A stretch of DNA of 64,000 nucleotides from Polyangiales bacterium (GCA_044229975.1 JBGARZ010000004.1:288001-352000); one strand, 5' to 3'; positions 33,481 through 42,108 are shown, counted from the first letter of the stretch. The notes: a model not told the origin generated them from the letters alone. Made by a program: numbers and translations.

Positions 33481-34455
33481 ATGAACCCCGACCGCCTCGT
33501 CATCGATGCCGCATCCGCCAACCAGACCCTGAGCGCCGTCGCGCGGCGTTGGAAGGACGTTCCGTGGTCGACGGCGAAGGAGTGGTGCGCGCGCGGCAAG
33601 CTGACGGTCAACGGCGTGGTCGAGCGCGACCCGGGCGCCCGCCTCGGGGTCGGGGTCGTGGTCGAACTGCAACTCCACGCGCGCAACACGGGCCCCGAGG
33701 GAGGTGCGCCCGACGCGCTGTATCTCGACCGCGCGCGGCTGATCCACTGCGACCCGCAGATCGTCATCGTCGACAAGCCGCCGGGGGTGAACAGCGTTCC
33801 GTTCGAGGTGGGCGAGCGCGGGGCGCTGGTCGATCGGGTGTCGGCGATGCTCCCGAAGTGGAAGCTCGCGCCCGCGCACGCGCCGCTCTTCGTGGTGCAC
33901 CGGCTCGACCGCGAGACCTCGGGGCTGCTGGTGTTCGGTCGTACCTGGGTGGCCAAGCGCCACCTCGCGGGGCTCTTCCGCAAGCACGACGTCGAGCGGG
34001 TGTACGTCGCGCTGGTGAAGGGCATCATGCCGACGGCGCGTCGCGTGGAGACGGTGCTCCTCGAAGACCGCGGCGACGGGCTGCGGGGCTCGGCGCGCGG
34101 GAAGACGGCGCCGCACATCGGGCAGCGCGCGGTGACGCACGTCCGGCCGCTGCTGGAGTTTCGCAAGGAGGAGGGCGTCACGCTGGTCGAGTGCCGCCTG
34201 GAGACGGGGCGGCAGCACCAGATCCGCATCCACCTGTCGGAGCTGGGGCACCCGGTGCTGGGCGACCGGGTCTACGCGCGGGGCAGGGACGACATGCCGC
34301 CGGCGCCGCGGGTGATGCTGCACGCGCGCACGCTGGGCTTCGTCCACCCGACGCGGGACAACGGGGAGGTGGTTCGGTACGAGGCCACGGTGCCCGACGA
34401 CATGATGACCGTCGCGCGGCGCCTGGGCTTCGTGGGGACGTGGCTGCCGACGTAG
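33481..34455 (+). CDS. RluA-family pseudouridine synthase with an S4-like N-terminus
   Basis: VDKPPG, VHRLDRETSGL, LETGRQHQIRIHL...GHPVLGD, LHARTL. Confidence 0.93.
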   Translation: MNPDRLVIDAASANQTLSAVARRWKDVPWSTAKEWCARGKLTVNGVVERDPGARLGVGVVVELQLHARNTGPEGGAPDALYLDRARLIHCDPQIVIVDKPPGVNSVPFEVGERGALVDRVSAMLPKWKLAPAHAPLFVVHRLDRETSGLLVFGRTWVAKRHLAGLFRKHDVERVYVALVKGIMPTARRVETVLLEDRGDGLRGSARGKTAPHIGQRAVTHVRPLLEFRKEEGVTLVECRLETGRQHQIRIHLSELGHPVLGDRVYARGRDDMPPAPRVMLHARTLGFVHPTRDNGEVVRYEATVPDDMMTVARRLGFVGTWLPT

Positions 34456-34509
34456 AATCGGCCTCCCGTGTCCCCTGTCGCGTCACCACGCAGGCGGTCG
34501 GACCTGGTC

Positions 34510-35727
34510 TCAGGGAGCGTGCGGGGCGTCGGTGCGCGCGGCGATCTCGACGGTTCCGCCGCCGCGGTCCATGGACACGGTGAAGCGCGCGAGGAAGCTC
34601 AGCCCGAGCAGTCCATCGAGGTCACCGAGGTCTTCGACGATGGCGACCTGCACGTGCTGCGCGCTCACCCCCTGCACCTCGATGCGATCGACCCAGCCGT
34701 ACTTCGCCGGGTGTCGTCCGCCCGCCGTCTGCACGGTGATGGTCTCCCAGTTGGTGGTGACGATGCCGAGCCGCGCGGCCGTCGCGGCGCTCAGGGCCAC
34801 GAGGCTCGCGCCCGTGTCGACGGCGAACTGCCCCGCGGGCCGTCCGTTGACGCTGACCGGTGCGCGCAGAACGCCCGCCCCGCGCATCGGTCGCAGCACG
34901 GCACGCCCGGAGCCCGCCATCGCGCGGCAGGCGTCGTTCTCGTAGAGGCGTCGGATGCGCGCCTCGATCTCCATGCGGTTGCGGACGTCGGGGTTGTAGT
35001 AGACGAACTGTTCGAGCGGGAAGATCGCGTCGCAGGGTCGGTGCGCCTGCTCGTACGCGGTGGCGAGGTTGAAGGGGACATTGTTGATGCGAGGCGAGAT
35101 GGCGAGGGCCTGCTCGAAGTCGACGATGGCGTGGGCCAGGTCGCCGCGGTTGCTGTACGAGACGCCGCGCCAGAAGCGGTAGGTCGCGCTGTTGGGTTCG
35201 GCGTCGACGAGGCGGGTCCACTCGATGGTGGCGGCGTCCCACTGGCTGAGGGTGTCGAGGGCCTCGGCCTTGATCCAGCGGAGGCGCGTGAGGTCGCCGC
35301 AGCGGGCGAAGAAGGCGTCGGCGCGGGTGACGACGGCGCGGTTCTCTCCGGCGCGGCGGAGGTGGCTCGCGAGCTCGACGATCTTCGCGCGGTCGCAGGG
35401 CTCACGCTGGAGGGCCTCGTCGAGCCGCTGGGCCTCCGGCGAGAGCGTGAGCACGGGGTTGGCGATGGCGTCCGCGGTGCGCTTGCGGAAGGCGTTGATG
35501 CCGTAGAGGGCGCCTCCGATGACGGCCGCGAGCGCGACGAGGGCGAGCACGGTCGACTGCATGCGCTGGCGGTCACGGAGCGTGCGCGCGCAGGCGGGGC
35601 AGTGGGGCGACGCGCCGACGTAGACGGTGCACACGTCGCAGGTCTCGCGCAGGCAGCGGGAGCAGGTGCCGGTCGCGGGCGTGGACGGGTGGGCCCGGCA
35701 GTGTGGGAGCTCGACGGCGTCGGTCAT
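34510..35727 (-). CDS. B-box-like Zn finger / TM / TPR / retropepsin-like aspartic protease
   Basis: CRAHP...C..C...C..C; one TM helix; TPR-like helices; FAVDTGAS and GLLGLSFL. Confidence 0.88.
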   Translation of the reverse strand: MTDAVELPHCRAHPSTPATGTCSRCLRETCDVCTVYVGASPHCPACARTLRDRQRMQSTVLALVALAAVIGGALYGINAFRKRTADAIANPVLTLSPEAQRLDEALQREPCDRAKIVELASHLRRAGENRAVVTRADAFFARCGDLTRLRWIKAEALDTLSQWDAATIEWTRLVDAEPNSATYRFWRGVSYSNRGDLAHAIVDFEQALAISPRINNVPFNLATAYEQAHRPCDAIFPLEQFVYYNPDVRNRMEIEARIRRLYENDACRAMAGSGRAVLRPMRGAGVLRAPVSVNGRPAGQFAVDTGASLVALSAATAARLGIVTTNWETITVQTAGGRHPAKYGWVDRIEVQGVSAQHVQVAIVEDLGDLDGLLGLSFLARFTVSMDRGGGTVEIAARTDAPHAP

Positions 35728-35749
35728 TGGTTCGGCGAGTAGATCATGA

Positions 35750-35773
35750 TTCCGCGGCCTTCAGGCCGCGGAA
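35750..35773. repeat. Perfect hairpin TTCCGCGGCC-TTCA-GGCCGCGGAA after the tRNA cassette (REP-like or processing stem)
   Basis: 10-bp stem; no U-tract on the minus strand. Confidence 0.6.
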
Positions 35774-35800
35774 CCGATATCCCCCTATCTGTTCAATGAG

Positions 35801-35874
35801 TGGACCCGACGAGACTTGAACTCGCAACCGTCGGAATAGAAGTCCGCCGCGCTGACCATTGCGCCGCCGGGTCC
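35801..35874 (-). tRNA. Atypical tRNA-Arg(TCT)-like gene
   Basis: GGACCCG GCG GCGC AATGGTCA GCGC G GCGGA CTTCTAT TCCGA CGGTT GCGAG TTCAAGT CTCGT CGGGTCC A; 3-nt linker without U8, no A20, G27.A43 mismatch. Confidence 0.75.
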
Positions 35875-35888
35875 ATTGGACAAGCGGG

Positions 35889-35960
35889 TGCATCCGGGGG
35901 GAGTTGAACCCCCAACCTATCGGGTAAGAACCGAGTACGCTGCCATTGCGTCACGGATGC
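35889..35960 (-). tRNA. tRNA-Lys(CTT), atypical
   Basis: GCATCCG TG ACGC AATGGCA GCGT A CTCGG TTCTTAC CCGAT AGGTT GGGGG TTCAACT CCCCC CGGATGC A; C27.U43 mismatch. Confidence 0.88.
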
Positions 35961-36005
35961 ATCGATACGCTGACTTGTTGCTACGCCCTGCTCAGGCGTA
36001 GCGGG

Positions 36006-36101
36006 TCACTTGCGTTTCGACCCGACGGAGCGCGCGCACGCCGCGCCATTGTCGACGATGCGACAATTCAAGGCGCGGGAGGTGCGGGCGATGACAGACA
36101 T
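36006..36101 (-). CDS. Putative 31-aa regulatory peptide between the tRNAs (MSVIARTSRALNCRIVDNGAACARSVGSKRK)
   Basis: Strong SD GAGGAG (36108-36113) 6 nt before ATG; stop lies in the hairpin abutting tRNA-Lys. Confidence 0.55.
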   Translation of the reverse strand: MSVIARTSRALNCRIVDNGAACARSVGSKRK

Positions 36102-36132
36102 GACGAACTCCTCAAGACGTGCGGACACAGAG

Positions 36133-36205
36133 TACACCGGGAGGGAATTGAACCCCCGACCATCGACTTAACAAGCCGCCGCTCTAACCACTGAGCTACC
36201 GATGC
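36133..36205 (-). tRNA. tRNA with GTT anticodon (Asn-decoding) and an atypical acceptor
   Basis: GCATCGG TA GCTC AGTGGTTA GAGC G GCGGC TTGTTAA GTCGA TGGTC GGGGG TTCAATT CCCTC CCGGTGT A; G1.U72, A73, G27.A43. Confidence 0.88.
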
Positions 36206-36238
36206 GTCGAACGAAAGCCGAGACGTAGTTCCCAAGCG

Positions 36239-36289
36239 CTAACGCTTGGGGTTCCGATTCTTCGGCTTGCTGTTCGTCTGGGGGCGCAT
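36239..36289 (-). CDS. Putative 16-aa leader peptide MRPQTNSKPKNRNPKR
   Basis: ATG CGC CCC CAG ACG AAC AGC AAG CCG AAG AAT CGG AAC CCC AAG CGT TAG; TAG is in the loop of CCCAAGCG/CGCTTGGG; weak SD. Confidence 0.6.
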   Translation of the reverse strand: MRPQTNSKPKNRNPKR

Positions 36290-36308
36290 GGAGGTAGGTC
36301 CGGTGCCG

Positions 36309-36336
36309 ACCCTACACCATTGATCAGACATCACAA
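36309..36336 (-). promoter_or_regulatory. Candidate sigma70 promoter for the leader/tRNA cassette
   Basis: TTGTGA-N16-TAGGGT with an AT-rich tract upstream (36337-36365). Confidence 0.45.
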
Positions 36337-36438
36337 GATAAAAAATCATCGATGTGATTGTTTTGTGGCTTGAGGGCGTTGCGGGTGTCGGCTGGGAGGG
36401 GATGACGTCTCCATGGGTGTTCTGGCACCTTCACGGCC

Positions 36439-37503
36439 ATGTCAGAGCTCGAACCCTTCCTCGCCGTGCTGCGCCGCGCGGCGGTCGATCAGACCATCGA
36501 CGGAGCGACCGTCCACGCCGCCACGCAGGCGTTGATGGAGGCGTCCGAGCGGTGCTCACCCGCCGAGCGCGACGCGTTGCTCGACGCGCTGCGCGAGGTG
36601 CTCGACCAGCACGGTCCCGCGACGGGCTCCGTCGCCATGCTCACGGGCGCGCTGCTGGAGGAGGGCGGCGACGTGTCGCGGGTGGAGGGCTGGTTCGTCG
36701 AGACGCTGCCGGGCCTGCTGCGCGCGTGCACCGAGGCGAAGGCCCGCCTGGTCGAACTCGGCGACGGGGCCATCGAGCCCGAGCGCCTCGACGAGCTGCT
36801 CGAAGCGCTCGCCGAGAGTGACCCGCGGCTCTTCGGATCGTGGCAGACCTTCACGCACTTCTGGCCGCCGTTCATCGTGGTGCTCGGGTGCAGCTCATTG
36901 GCGCGGGCGGCCCTGCGCGACCAGCGCGACGCGGCCCTCGCGTTGCGGGACGAGCTCGAAGGCGCTGACTGGATCGGGCGGATGCTGTGCGTGATCGACG
37001 ACGAGCCCTTCGTGGCCATCGACCCCGTCGCGCGGCGCGGCTACGTTGGCACCTTCGGCGGTGTCGCGGACAACTTCCAGCTCCACACGCTGCTGGCCGA
37101 CGCGCTCATCGGCGACGTGAAGGACGGCTGGCTGGAGGGCACCCGCCCCGCGCCCGAGGTGGTCCGCTGCGTCCGCGGCGAGGGCCCACAAAACGTCGAG
37201 CCCGTCGTCCACGGCGCGTGGAACCTCTACACCTGGCAGGCCTTCGCGCACGACCCGACCTTGAGTGACGCCTCGTCGATTCCGCATGATCTGTGGGTCT
37301 GGGGCGAAGGCATCCCGACGGACATCCCGACGCTCGACGGCCACCGGGTCATCGGCCTCGGCCCATCGGCCTACCACCGCACATGGCGGGGCAATCGGAT
37401 GTTCCACACGCTGCGCAGCAACCTCACCGTGACGGGTCAGCTCGACGAGGCGGAGCTGGAGCGATGGTTCGCCCGCATCGCGAGCGAGGGCCCGCAAGCC
37501 TGA
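36439..37503 (+). CDS. Hypothetical protein divergent from the tRNA cassette
   Basis: High GC3; motif-like segments GVADNFQLHTLLA, WGEGIPTDIP, YHRTW. Confidence 0.8.
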   Translation: MSELEPFLAVLRRAAVDQTIDGATVHAATQALMEASERCSPAERDALLDALREVLDQHGPATGSVAMLTGALLEEGGDVSRVEGWFVETLPGLLRACTEAKARLVELGDGAIEPERLDELLEALAESDPRLFGSWQTFTHFWPPFIVVLGCSSLARAALRDQRDAALALRDELEGADWIGRMLCVIDDEPFVAIDPVARRGYVGTFGGVADNFQLHTLLADALIGDVKDGWLEGTRPAPEVVRCVRGEGPQNVEPVVHGAWNLYTWQAFAHDPTLSDASSIPHDLWVWGEGIPTDIPTLDGHRVIGLGPSAYHRTWRGNRMFHTLRSNLTVTGQLDEAELERWFARIASEGPQA

Positions 37504-37554
37504 CGACGCGGTCCCCATTGCCCTCGATGGCCCTCCCGGTGGAGCATCCCGGCG

Positions 37555-39396
37555 ATGCACTCGAAACCACGGCGGGGCGCGACGGATCTCGGGGACGGCG
37601 GCGCGGAGTTCGTCCTCTGGGCGCCGTCCTACAACGACATCACCATCGAGCGCGTCGACGTGCGCGCCGAGGGTCTCACCGAGCGCACGCTGCTCACCTC
37701 ACCGAGCGACGATGGCCACTGGGTTGCGCGCGGTCGCACCGCCGCGCCGAAGGTCTTCTACGACTACGAGGTGCACGCCCGCGTGAACTCCACCGGCGAG
37801 CGCTACACCCGCGTCGTCAGCGACCCGTACGCCCGCGAGGTGCACCGCGACTTCCGCTCCGTGCACGCCGCCGCCGATGCGCCGCCTCCGCCGCGACCCT
37901 TCGCGCGCCCAGCCCTTCGCGACCTGCTCATCTACGAGCTCCACGTCTACAACTTCACCGCCGAAGACCCCGTCGTCCGCGGCGCCGCGCGCGGAACCTA
38001 CGCGGGCGTCATCGCGCGTCTGCCGCACCTGCTCGACCTCGGCGTCAACGCCATCGAGCTCATGCCCGTCTTCGACTACTCCGACCCGTGGCAGGTCGGC
38101 GTTCGCTGGAACTACATCACGGCCTGCCACCTCCTCGCGCCGCATCGCGGGTACGCCGCGCACGAGGACGAGGCGCGCCGGGAGTTCATCGAGCTCGTCG
38201 ACGCCTGCCACGCCGCGGGCATCGCCGTGCTCATCGACGCCGTCTTCAACCAGGTGTCGCGGCGCTTCTCCTACGCGCGCATCTACGACCCCGCGCACAA
38301 CCCGCGCGAGGCGCCCGACTGCCGCAACAACCCCCTCCTCGGCAACTTCGGCGGAACCGACCCCAACCCCGGCTCAGAGCCCTACCGCGACAAGGACTGG
38401 GGCGGCGTCGACCTCGACTACGCGCGCCCCGCGGCGATGGAGTTTGTTCGTGATGTGATGGGCGTGTGGTTCGACGAGCTCGGCGTCGACGGCATGCGCT
38501 TCGACCACACCCTCGGCTTCTACCACTGGAAGGACCAGTCGGTCGGCGCGGGCGCTGCTGCGGTCGCAGCGAAGGAGATCGGCGGCGACGACTGCTACCG
38601 CATCGCCGAGCACTTCTCCAACGACCACAACGAGCTCGAACTCTTGAAGGACTCGGCCTTCAATTCCATGTGGGCCAAGGGGTTCTTCTACGCCGCGGAC
38701 GACGCCCTCCACGGCCGCGGCCTCGCGCACCTCGAACACCGCATGAACGTCCGCGCCCAGGGCTTCCCCGACGAGAAGCCCCCGGTGGTGTTTCTCGACA
38801 ACCACGACGACGAGCGCCTCATCAACCGCGGCGCCCAACCGTGGTGGCGCATCCAACCGCCGACCATCGCGCTGCTCACGCACCCGGGCGTTCCGATGCT
38901 CTACATGGGCTGCGAGTACGCCGAGGACGACCGCACGCGCTTCGCGTCGGGCCTGCCCCGCGAGCTCAACCCGCTCGACTGGGACCAGACCGAGGCCACC
39001 GCTCCGCTGCTGCGTCTGCACCGCGCGATGGGCTTCCTGCGCAAGCGCGTGGCGGCGCTGCGCAGCGCGGGCATGACCCCCATCTGGCGCCACGAGAACG
39101 AGCGCGTGCTGATCTACGGTCGCGGCGAGGGAGAGCCCTCGGTCATCGTGGCGCTCAACTTCCACGAAGAGCCGCAGAGCGTGCGCGTGCCGGCGCCGGG
39201 CGGTGACCACGAGTGGCATGAGTTCTTGTTCAACCTCCGCTTCGTGTCGCACGGCGGCGCGATGCATTTCCGTGGTCGCGACGGCGCCGTCTACGACCGC
39301 GTGCTGGTGCCCGGCTCGTACGCGCACATCTACTGCCGCGAGCGCGTCTGGAGCGACGCAGAGTGGACAGCTCTCTTCGCAGTCGACCGGACCTGA
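37555..39396 (+). CDS. GH13 alpha-amylase family glycosidase (CBM48 plus branching/trehalohydrolase-like domain)
   Basis: FVLWAP, DPYAR, IYELHV, LGVNAIELMPV; catalytic DGMRFD, IAEH, NHDD. Confidence 0.9.
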   Translation: MHSKPRRGATDLGDGGAEFVLWAPSYNDITIERVDVRAEGLTERTLLTSPSDDGHWVARGRTAAPKVFYDYEVHARVNSTGERYTRVVSDPYAREVHRDFRSVHAAADAPPPPRPFARPALRDLLIYELHVYNFTAEDPVVRGAARGTYAGVIARLPHLLDLGVNAIELMPVFDYSDPWQVGVRWNYITACHLLAPHRGYAAHEDEARREFIELVDACHAAGIAVLIDAVFNQVSRRFSYARIYDPAHNPREAPDCRNNPLLGNFGGTDPNPGSEPYRDKDWGGVDLDYARPAAMEFVRDVMGVWFDELGVDGMRFDHTLGFYHWKDQSVGAGAAAVAAKEIGGDDCYRIAEHFSNDHNELELLKDSAFNSMWAKGFFYAADDALHGRGLAHLEHRMNVRAQGFPDEKPPVVFLDNHDDERLINRGAQPWWRIQPPTIALLTHPGVPMLYMGCEYAEDDRTRFASGLPRELNPLDWDQTEATAPLLRLHRAMGFLRKRVAALRSAGMTPIWRHENERVLIYGRGEGEPSVIVALNFHEEPQSVRVPAPGGDHEWHEFLFNLRFVSHGGAMHFRGRDGAVYDRVLVPGSYAHIYCRERVWSDAEWTALFAVDRT

Positions 39397-39492
39397 CACC
39401 CCCTCGCAAACGTCGTTGACGGGCCTCGCGGAAAGCGCTCCTATCCGCGTCTCCCGCGGCGCCCGTACCGCGTCGCGCGACAACGAGGGACG

Positions 39493-40809
39493 ATGGTCAG
39501 CACACCGCTTGATCCAGACCGCGCCGAGGCGGTCTTCGCTGATTTCAAGGGCGAGTACTCCCGTGAGCAGGCGACGCTCGAAGCGAGCCGCTGCCTCTAC
39601 TGCGCCGACGCGCCGTGCGTGAAGGCCTGCCCCACGCACATCGAGATCCCGCAGTTCATCCGCAAGATCGCGACGGGCAACGTGAAGGGCTCCGCCCGCA
39701 CCATCTTCGACGCCAACATCCTCGGGATGTCGTGCGCGCGGGTGTGCCCCGTCGAGACGCTCTGCGTCGGCGACTGCGTCTACAACCACATGCACAACCC
39801 GCCGATCCAGATCGGCAAGCTCCAGCGCTTCGCCACCGACGTGGCCTACCGCGAGGGCTGGCGCTTCTTCGAAGCCGGTCCCGACACCGGCAAGACCGTC
39901 GCGCTCCTCGGCGCCGGGCCCGCGAGCCTCGCGTGCGCCCACGAGCTGCGCCGCCGCGGCCACGGCTGCACCGTCTACGAGAAGCGACCCGTCGTGGGCG
40001 GCCTCAACTCCACCGGCGTCGCGCCGTACAAGATGAAGGCCGACCGCGCGGCCGACGAGGTCGACTGGGTGCTCGGCATCGGCGGCATCGAGATGGTCAC
40101 CGGCGTCGAGGTCGGCGCGCAGGTGTCCTTCGCCGAGCTCGAAGCCCGCCACGACGCGGTCTTCCTCGGCATGGGACTCGGCCCCGACACGCGGCTGCGC
40201 GTGCCCGGCGAAGACCTGCCGGGTGTTCATGGCGCGGTCGACTTCATCGAGCAGATGAAGCTCACCCGAATGGACCTCTCGGGTGTCCGTCACTGCGTGG
40301 TGGTGGGCGGCGGCAACACGGCGCTCGACGCGGTGCGCGAGGCGAAGGGCCTCGGCGTGAGCGAGGTGGTGATGCTCTACCGCGGCGACGAAGCGGCCAT
40401 GAGCGGCTACGCTCACGAGTGGGCTGCCGGCAAGCAGGAGGGCATTCGCGCAGAGTGGCGCGGCGTGGCCGTGGGCTTCGAGGCGGGCGCCGACGGGCGC
40501 GTGGCGCGAGTGCTCTGCCAGCGGCTCGACGACAAGCGGCAGCCCATCGCGGGTGAGACCTTCACGCTGGCCGCCGAGCTGGTGCTGGTGGCCATCGGGC
40601 AGTCGAAGCTCGGGGCGATGGTCGCGTCGCTGTCGGGCATCGTGGTGGACAAGGGGCGCGTGGTGACCGATGAGCGCGGCGCCACGGGGCGCAAAGGGTA
40701 TTTCGCGGGCGGCGATTGTCGCAACGGCGGCATGGAAGTGGTCAACGCGGCGGCCGAGGGGAAGGCCGCGGCGCTGGCCATCCACGCGTATCTGACGGGA
40801 GAAGTGTGA
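39493..40809 (+). CDS. preT: Dihydropyrimidine dehydrogenase subunit PreT
   Basis: EASRCLYCADAPC...CP, CARVCPVETLC, GAGPAS, GGGNTA; TGATG coupling to preA. Confidence 0.9.
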   Translation: MVSTPLDPDRAEAVFADFKGEYSREQATLEASRCLYCADAPCVKACPTHIEIPQFIRKIATGNVKGSARTIFDANILGMSCARVCPVETLCVGDCVYNHMHNPPIQIGKLQRFATDVAYREGWRFFEAGPDTGKTVALLGAGPASLACAHELRRRGHGCTVYEKRPVVGGLNSTGVAPYKMKADRAADEVDWVLGIGGIEMVTGVEVGAQVSFAELEARHDAVFLGMGLGPDTRLRVPGEDLPGVHGAVDFIEQMKLTRMDLSGVRHCVVVGGGNTALDAVREAKGLGVSEVVMLYRGDEAAMSGYAHEWAAGKQEGIRAEWRGVAVGFEAGADGRVARVLCQRLDDKRQPIAGETFTLAAELVLVAIGQSKLGAMVASLSGIVVDKGRVVTDERGATGRKGYFAGGDCRNGGMEVVNAAAEGKAAALAIHAYLTGEV

Positions 40810-42080
40810 TGCCGGATTTGAGTTCGAATACGGGCGGGATTCGCTCGCCCAATCCCTTCTGGCTCGCGTCGGCGCCGCCGGCCAACTCGGGCGGTCAGGT
40901 GCAGCGGGCCTTCGATGCGGGGTGGGGCGGCGCGGTGTGGAAGACCCTCGGTCAGCCCATCCAGAACGTCTCCAGTCGCTTCGGCGCGCACCACATCCCC
41001 GGCACCAAAGCCATCGGCTTCAACAACATCGAGCTCATCACCGACCGCTCGCTGGAGATCAACTTCCGCGAGATCTACGAGACCAAGAAGAAGTATCCCA
41101 ACAACGCGGTGATCGTCTCGCTGATGGTGGAGACCCGCGAGGAGTGGAAGGACATCATCAAGCGCTCGATCGACACGGGCGCCGATGGGTTGGAGCTCAA
41201 CTTCGGCTGTCCGCACGGCATGTGCGAGCGCGGCATGGGTTCGGCGGTGGGGCAGGAGCCCAAGGTCAACGAGCAGATCACCTCGTGGGCGGTGGAGTAT
41301 TCGAGCATCCCGGTGCTGGTGAAGCTGACGCCCAACGTCTCGGACATCATCCCGCACGGGCTCGCGGCCAAGCGCGGCGGGGCGCACGGCGTGTCGCTCA
41401 TCAACACCATCAAGAGCATCATCTCGGTGGACATCGACCGCTTCGTGCCGGAGCCCCGCGTAGAGGGGTTGAGCACCAACGGCGGGTACTGCGGTCAGGC
41501 GGTGAAGCCCATCGCGATGCACATGCTGGCGGCGCTGGCCCGCGAGGAGCGCTTCCGTCTGCCCATCAGCGGCATCGGCGGCATCTCCAACTGGCGTGAC
41601 GCGGTGGAGTTCATTCTATTGGGGTCGAGCTCGGTGCAGGTGTGTACCGAGGTGATGCTGCGCGGCTTCCGCGTGGTGGAGGACATGATCGAGGGCCTGG
41701 AGGAGTACATGCGTACCCACAACTTCTCCAACCTCGACCAGATGATCGGGAAGGCCATTCCGCAGTACTCGGAGTGGGGCAACCTCAACCTCAACTACGA
41801 GACGGTGGCGAAGCTCGACCCGGAGCTTTGTATCGGTTGCAACAAGTGCATGATCGCTTGTGACGATGGGGCGCACCAGTGCATCCACCCCAACCCCAGC
41901 GGGGCGCGGGTGCCGGTGGTGGACGAGAGCGAGTGCGTGGGCTGCAACCTCTGCCAGATCGTGTGCCCGGTGGACGGGTGCATCACCATGGTGGAGGTCG
42001 ACAACGGCTTCGCGCCGTCGAGCTGGAACCAGTTTGTCGAAGAGGGAAGGGTGCTGCGGCCGAAGAAGGGCGCGCACTGA
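40809..42080 (+). CDS. preA: Dihydropyrimidine dehydrogenase subunit PreA
   Basis: NPFWLASAPP, GWGGAVWKT, NNIELITDR, ELNFGCPHGMCERGMG; two C-terminal 4Fe-4S motifs. Confidence 0.95.
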   Translation: MPDLSSNTGGIRSPNPFWLASAPPANSGGQVQRAFDAGWGGAVWKTLGQPIQNVSSRFGAHHIPGTKAIGFNNIELITDRSLEINFREIYETKKKYPNNAVIVSLMVETREEWKDIIKRSIDTGADGLELNFGCPHGMCERGMGSAVGQEPKVNEQITSWAVEYSSIPVLVKLTPNVSDIIPHGLAAKRGGAHGVSLINTIKSIISVDIDRFVPEPRVEGLSTNGGYCGQAVKPIAMHMLAALAREERFRLPISGIGGISNWRDAVEFILLGSSSVQVCTEVMLRGFRVVEDMIEGLEEYMRTHNFSNLDQMIGKAIPQYSEWGNLNLNYETVAKLDPELCIGCNKCMIACDDGAHQCIHPNPSGARVPVVDESECVGCNLCQIVCPVDGCITMVEVDNGFAPSSWNQFVEEGRVLRPKKGAH

Positions 42081-42108
42081 CGTACGGGCTACGCGGAGGA
42101 GTTCATCG

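Noticed and set aside
35801..36205. Prophage or integrative-element attachment site at the tRNAs
   Set aside because: No integrase and no duplicated tRNA 3' end were found in the window
36206..36280. Y RNA (YrlA)-like reading of the GCCGAAG...GTCTCGGC stem
   Set aside because: It resembles a Ro60-binding stem, but no tRNA-like module lies inside it and there is no Ro60/rtcB gene in the window. The leader-ORF explanation fits better. An Rfam YrlA search would settle it.
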